Shown: positions 37,777 through 42,306 of the stretch, in pieces
How positions within the stretch are numbered: position 1 is the first letter of the stretch
Layout of the letters: every line of letters begins with the position of its first letter
Virus record (IMG/VR): IMGVR_UViG_3300021057_000009
Span: 1-42,306 of that record
Direction: 5' to 3' (one strand)
DNA from: a virus
DNA length: 42,306 nt
Translations under genes and position numbers: made by a program
Notes under the pieces: generated by a model
What the model was told of the DNA's origin: nothing
The model's input: only the letters and a program-made list of their open reading frames with translations
Databases searched by the model: none

Positions 37777-39842
37777 TTAGCCCCCATCGGAGTCACGAAG
37801 GACTCGCTGAAATTAACCTTACTGTCAGGACGTGGAGATTCCTTCTGTTCCTCTTCCTGAAGAAGCGCGGTTTGTAACTCAATCAACTGCTGCAACAACT
37901 GAACAGCCAAAGTTCCCTCACCACCGGCAGCTTGGAGAATGTTCATAATCTCCGTGTACATCTCAAGTCTCGCCCTGTGATCCTGTCCAGGTTGAGGTGG
38001 TGAAGGGGGTTGGGAACCAGCCAATGCCGCATTTACGTTGTCCTTAGCGGCTCTTACTTCAGCCACTGACACAAATCCCTGAGACTCCTCGGGTCGAATG
38101 TTCCTGAAAACTTCCGGGTCTCTAATTCTCAATCTCATCAGTAGATTCTCAATCACGGGAGCAAAGTTAAAAGTCTTCCCCTCCTGCTGAATCTTCTGAA
38201 AAATAGCTGGATTCTGAATCGCGTTGATCATTAAGTTCAAAATCGTAGTCAACTCCTGAATCTCCTTCTCGGGATTCTCAGGAGCCATGGAGATAACATC
38301 AATATCCACATCCACATCGGCTTGAACGGCTTCTTTGGTGGGATTTTCTGACCACTCAATGTCGAGGGAACCCACAATTCGGACTGCATCCTTAACGGGA
38401 AGATACTGCTTGAGAAGTTGATTCAAAAAGTGGCAGGAATCTTTCAAGAAATCAGCCATTATGTCTTGTCGATAAGCTGGCCGAGCGGAGGAACCGGCCA
38501 TTCTCTCCCTTACCGATGTGGCAGACTCTTCCCCAGACCTCAAAGTTCCCTTCTTGAGATCCGATACACCTGATTTCTCATCCAAATTGGTCTGAATCCG
38601 CTGATCCAGTGTGTACAGAGGTGCTGAAGCAGCCCCACCGGGGGAAGCGATAACCAATTTCTGCTGAGGATTGCCATCAAACCCTATAATGGTCTGCTGA
38701 CCAGACTGAATCTTCTCCACATCCTCCTGATTCAGTCCCTCACGGTCATACCCGACCCAAACTTTGGAGTTTTCTTGTGCATCCCGAAGCTGAAGATTCA
38801 CCACCATGTTCTTTTGATCGGCAATATGGCCATAAACCTCGATGTCCGATAGACCGAACATGGAATCAGGCACATCATTGAACATGAGAACCTTACCGGG
38901 CCATCCTTCAGCCTTGTAAGGCCATGAATTCTCCCTCAGCGGCTTCTCCTGCTCCTTGGTGTAGAGCAGAAGATGTCCATTTACCCTCTCCTTGCGCTCC
39001 TTTTTGGTTGGGCGCATGAAGATTTCATAGACTCGAACAAACTTGGAGTGGGTTCCCTTCTGATATTCACCATCGGTGTAGTCAATTAATGTCTTCGACT
39101 TACTCCCGATTACAATCGTATCCTTCCCCGCGACCATGTTCCTGGCTTGATCAATCGACTCCATCTTATTGGCGTAGCCAAGCTGACCCTTTAGCGCCTT
39201 CTTATCGACATCAAGGGAGTCGTCTTCAACCAAATCATCCAGTGGCACATCGAATGAACGGCCAATCCACCTGGCTTCGTCCAAATTGCTAAGACTCACC
39301 GCTGGATCGAACACAAAATTCATCGGTGAAAGTCTCTTCACAAACACCATTTCATTCTTGATGTACAAAGACTGCTCATCGGTCATACCAAACTCGCCCT
39401 TGTAACCATGCCAGAGAACGCCATGTTTGAATAACAGGGCATCCATCAGGGTCTTCCTGACTTCTTGCTTGTACCGGATCTCCTGTAGCGAGTAGTTCAG
39501 GATTGATTCCTGAGTCTTCGCGCTTTTGGCAGAATCCATAACTGTTTCCTCAAGCACACCAGTAACCGGGTTTCTAACCTTGGCAAAGTAGTTTTTGTTG
39601 CGGGGCTTGAGGAAAACTCGGGGATTACGGAAAAAGGTGGAAGGGAGTTCATATTGAATAATGGGATAAATCTCATTCAGCACGATATCCCAATCCGCAG
39701 CGATAATAGGCACATGCTTGCCCGTGTATCGTTCCAGTGCCTCAATCATCTGCGGCAACAAACGATCCTCATTGACCTTCTCGGCCATGATGATCTCGTT
39801 CTTGATCTGATTGAGCCTGTCTTTACTCAGCTTATCGGCCAC
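37773..39842 (-). CDS. Portal protein
   Basis: 689 aa. It is the first large gene after the terminase, followed by scaffold and capsid. GTG start with TAAGGAG upstream. Confidence 0.8.
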   Translation of the reverse strand: MADKLSKDRLNQIKNEIIMAEKVNEDRLLPQMIEALERYTGKHVPIIAADWDIVLNEIYPIIQYELPSTFFRNPRVFLKPRNKNYFAKVRNPVTGVLEETVMDSAKSAKTQESILNYSLQEIRYKQEVRKTLMDALLFKHGVLWHGYKGEFGMTDEQSLYIKNEMVFVKRLSPMNFVFDPAVSLSNLDEARWIGRSFDVPLDDLVEDDSLDVDKKALKGQLGYANKMESIDQARNMVAGKDTIVIGSKSKTLIDYTDGEYQKGTHSKFVRVYEIFMRPTKKERKERVNGHLLLYTKEQEKPLRENSWPYKAEGWPGKVLMFNDVPDSMFGLSDIEVYGHIADQKNMVVNLQLRDAQENSKVWVGYDREGLNQEDVEKIQSGQQTIIGFDGNPQQKLVIASPGGAASAPLYTLDQRIQTNLDEKSGVSDLKKGTLRSGEESATSVRERMAGSSARPAYRQDIMADFLKDSCHFLNQLLKQYLPVKDAVRIVGSLDIEWSENPTKEAVQADVDVDIDVISMAPENPEKEIQELTTILNLMINAIQNPAIFQKIQQEGKTFNFAPVIENLLMRLRIRDPEVFRNIRPEESQGFVSVAEVRAAKDNVNAALAGSQPPSPPQPGQDHRARLEMYTEIMNILQAAGGEGTLAVQLLQQLIELQTALLQEEEQKESPRPDSKVNFSESFVTPMGAK

Positions 39843-39864
39843 TAAAGCTCCTTAAAGGCTCCGT

Positions 39865-39907
39865 AAAAAAAGAAAGACCAGCCCAGGCTTGTGGCCCGAA
39901 CTGGTCT
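39865..39907 (-). terminator. Rho-independent terminator (minus strand) between terminase block and portal
   Basis: The minus strand reads AGACCAG-uucgggc-cacaa-gccuggg-CUGGUCU. That is 7 Watson-Crick pairs extended by 7 more including 3 G-U. It is followed by UUCUUUUUUUA. Confidence 0.7.
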
Positions 39908-39963
39908 GGTGTCCGATTGGGGAGGAGGCGGTGTCCCTGCTCGGAGATGAGACTTTTAGTCGT

Positions 39964-40122
39964 CTATTTCGTTTTCAAAACTTGTGACTGAACATGAACA
40001 ATGACAGTTTTCACCGTCTCACTCTGTTCGCGTCGTCTTAGAATTGATAGAACTTCATCCTCAACGCCCATTTGAACTATAAGACTCACGAGAGTACGGG
40101 CTAGGGAAGTTCGATCATTCAT
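39964..40122 (-). CDS. Hypothetical 52-aa protein
   Basis: Own translation: MNDRTSLARTLVSLIVQMGVEDEVLSILRRREQSETVKTVIVHVQSQVLKTK. The SD is weak. Confidence 0.3.
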   Translation of the reverse strand: MNDRTSLARTLVSLIVQMGVEDEVLSILRRREQSETVKTVIVHVQSQVLKTK

Positions 40123-40174
40123 AATTTAGTTCTTTCTTGCTTATATGTCAAGTAATTTGTTATAATAACAAGTT

Positions 40175-41866
40175 TTACCTAAATGAGGAATGATGAGGCA
40201 ATTCCCAATGCTTATACTTCCTCCCCGTCAACTTAGGCTTCTCAGGTTTCTCATACTTCTTCTCGATCATGATCCTCCTCACCCGGTCAAACTCGCTCTC
40301 AATTTCCTGTTGTTTGGGGATGTTTTTAGGGAACTGAAGCAGTTGCCTGAGTCCCTGTAAGGCATCGGGAAGGTCATCATGAACACCGGAGGGAAAGCGA
40401 ATTAGCTGGAACTCCAAATCCCCCATTCCATACTTGTGGAAGATGACATTCTGGTTGTATAGAGGGATCAGCCTAGTCTCGATTCTCTTAATCTTATCCG
40501 CATCCCAAGCCAACTCTTTGACAACCAAGTAGTGATTGCGGCGCTTCATCTCATTCTTCAGCACCCACTTTGTCACGTTCTCAAGCATAGCCTTCTCCAT
40601 GCCAACAGGAACAGTCTGACCGGTGATGCGTCTCAGCCTATCCTCAATAGTGAATAAAAACTCAGCAAACTCATCCGGTCTGAGTCCCCTCTTATTCACA
40701 TAAGTCTCTACAAGAGTTTCGCCAGTCGGTGTGAGGAAACCCGGCATAATGATGCTTGAATCCGCGTCTCTCTTTTCACTCCAGGCAAGGTCAACAGCGA
40801 TAGCTGCTCGGCAGTCAGCGAGTCGTCCTCTTCCAACAACTGTGCTACCTTGCCCAAACAGAATGTATTGCCCATCCTCGACCTTCCAGTACCTAAAATC
40901 CTCTCTCTTAAATCTGACATTAGCTCCCGACACTGGATCATTTTGATACTCCTTGGCAAAGACTGACGGTTTTTCCTTTTGCAACTTAAGCAAATAATCC
41001 ACCGACCACTTCTCAGGCCAGAGGGATTTACCATTGTGCATAAGCGCTCTGTAATACAACTTCTTGTACTCAGGATAAAACCGACTAGAAACCAACTTTG
41101 CCATCTGTGAATCGTCATGAAGAATAGTTCCGACAACAATAAACTGACACTTCCCCTTCTCACCGGCTGGCACTAATGATTCGTCATACTGTCTCTGCAA
41201 CTCAGCCCTAAGCTCGGCATTTTCCACCATCTTGTCATCTTCAATGTCGTCACAAATAATCAAATCAGGTCGATATGCCCCATACTTCACGCCACGAATG
41301 GAACCCAACTGGTCATGACCTTTGCAAATAATCTTGGTACTGAATCCATCTCTGTGAGTAATGATGCTGTCCCCTTCAGCATCTTTGGTAATACGAATCG
41401 AATTCCTAAATTCCTTCTTGAAATGATCATTCTCGATCAATTCTTTCTTGATCGTATCGAGATACATGGCCGCTTTCTTGAAAGTATTCGACACGATCAC
41501 GATGAATCTATTCTTCTTGAACACAACACAGTGGAAGGGATAGATGAAAGTGAGAATAGTAGACTTAGCCGATTCACGAGGTGCCGCGACTGCGAGATAC
41601 TGCTGAATACAAGCTTCTTTCAATATCTGTAGATGAAACGGCGGGGATGGAATTCTAAAATGATGCGGGAAGTAGTACATCCCAAACATCAGTGGGTTAG
41701 ACTTAAGCTGGTTAAATAGTTTCTGAATAATATCCTGGTTTACAGAATCCACCCCCTGGTCATTACCAGAAGCTGCTACCCGGTGGGCTAAGTCGCTCTG
41801 TGGCTGTGGCGCGTGACTATCGCCTTGTGGTGTCGGCGGCTGAACCCCCTCATCCCCTATCATCAA
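40175..41866 (-). CDS. terL: Terminase large subunit
   Basis: 563 aa. ATPase motifs AAPRESAKST and DLIICDDIED. Nuclease-domain acidic residues AIAVDLAWS and GVHDDLPDAL. The track start is TTG 41866, and the next codon is ATG 41863. Confidence 0.9.
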   Translation of the reverse strand: MMIGDEGVQPPTPQGDSHAPQPQSDLAHRVAASGNDQGVDSVNQDIIQKLFNQLKSNPLMFGMYYFPHHFRIPSPPFHLQILKEACIQQYLAVAAPRESAKSTILTFIYPFHCVVFKKNRFIVIVSNTFKKAAMYLDTIKKELIENDHFKKEFRNSIRITKDAEGDSIITHRDGFSTKIICKGHDQLGSIRGVKYGAYRPDLIICDDIEDDKMVENAELRAELQRQYDESLVPAGEKGKCQFIVVGTILHDDSQMAKLVSSRFYPEYKKLYYRALMHNGKSLWPEKWSVDYLLKLQKEKPSVFAKEYQNDPVSGANVRFKREDFRYWKVEDGQYILFGQGSTVVGRGRLADCRAAIAVDLAWSEKRDADSSIIMPGFLTPTGETLVETYVNKRGLRPDEFAEFLFTIEDRLRRITGQTVPVGMEKAMLENVTKWVLKNEMKRRNHYLVVKELAWDADKIKRIETRLIPLYNQNVIFHKYGMGDLEFQLIRFPSGVHDDLPDALQGLRQLLQFPKNIPKQQEIESEFDRVRRIMIEKKYEKPEKPKLTGRKYKHWELPHHSSFR

Positions 41867-42037
41867 TTCAACCTCGGGTCACCTGTGGGTCCAATAAACA
41901 CATGAATCCTCAGTTTCGCTCCCCTCCTCACCGCCTCCATGCTCAACCTATAAAAAAAATACCTCGCCCACCTCATCCTTATCGGCAACGGGTAGCAATC
42001 ATTCCTAAACAGCCAATTCCTGACCCGTTTTCTCCAA

Positions 42038-42063
42038 CCCCTACCCCGACCTACCCTAATCCC
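42038..42063 (-). other. Canonical G-quadruplex-forming motif on the minus strand
   Basis: The plus strand reads cccc-ta-cccc-gaccta-ccc-taat-ccc, which on the minus strand gives four G-runs (GGG, GGG, GGGG, GGGG) with loops of 4, 6 and 2 nt. It lies in the terS-terL spacer. Confidence 0.4.
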
Positions 42064-42179
42064 TAATCTCATCACCTAGAGGCTCCTGGGGGGCTAAATC
42101 TGGCTATTGTTCACTGGTTGGTTAAGTAGATAGGCAAAAAAATTTCCTGGCGCGGCGGGAGAGTGAGTGTATGAGCGGC

Positions 42180-42306
42180 CTCCCCCTCCCCCAATACCCC
42201 CCGACCGACTTTTGGTATCCCTAACAAAACAATGGCGGATGTTTGGTTTCCTAACACAAAGTATAGTCATAAGTCTTTTATTATCAATAAGTTGCTAATA
42301 TAAAGA
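42180..42306. repeat. Terminal redundancy, copy 2 (identical to 1-127)
   Basis: See the 1-127 entry. Confidence 0.95.

Larger units (their letters stand above)
1..42179. mobile_element. Complete temperate tailed-phage genome (unit length 42179 bp, podovirus-like gene order)
   Basis: Terminase, portal, scaffold, capsid, fibres, integrase/excisionase, CI/Cro switch and replication genes are all present. The window end repeats the window start. Confidence 0.85.

Noticed and set aside
41800-42075. 88-aa Pro-rich (+) and 70-aa Arg-rich (-) ORFs just upstream of terL
   Set aside because: They are mirror images of the same strongly C/G-skewed DNA. The minus-strand ORF uses AGG for most of its ~15 Arg codons and has no SD. 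This looks like a composition artefact of the spacer, not a gene.

Overview
The window is one complete, circularly closing genome of a temperate tailed phage. Nt 1-127 are identical to nt 42180-42306, so the unit length is 42179 bp. All calls come from reading the sequence and ORF track by eye. Family names rest on remembered motifs, not on searches. Nearly everything is on the minus strand. On the circle the order is: terS (243-728), a 555-bp non-coding spacer crossing the junction, terL (40175-41866), an intrinsic terminator, then portal, scaffold, major capsid and small decoration-like proteins. Next comes a translationally coupled glycosyltransferase/methyltransferase cassette (30611-34557). 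After it come tail, adaptor-like and nozzle-like proteins, two paralogous tail fibres flanking a discoidin-like protein, three internal/ejection-type proteins, and small membrane proteins plus a metallophosphoesterase. No tape-measure or sheath gene is seen, so the layout is podovirus-like. The lysogeny switch is a CI-like HTH-S24 repressor (plus strand, 16651-17370) divergent from a Cro-like HTH gene. The leftward early operon carries an RlpA-like secreted protein, an SF3 helicase, an iteron/DnaA-box origin, a Cas4-like nuclease, a Sak4-like ATPase, RusA, DUF3310, an RNA-ligase-like protein, two YopX paralogs, and excisionase/integrase. A plus-strand island of small ORFs (926-4106) lies between terS and int behind two tandem consensus sigma70 promoters. 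No tRNA, rRNA, CRISPR array, reverse transcriptase or transposase was seen. The most notable observations are: (1) the sugar-modification cassette inside the virion operon; (2) a family of 17 GC-rich hairpins with conserved flanks and covarying stems, confined to 1.85-10.4 kb; (3) an intact metallophosphoesterase with no canonical start codon, in frame with the upstream membrane ORF across a single TAG; (4) an opposite-strand secreted Tyr/Gly/Asp-repeat gene whose promoter carries the same 12-bp palindrome as the cI promoter; (5) a replication origin with two perfect DnaA boxes, iterons and a (TA)n tract.
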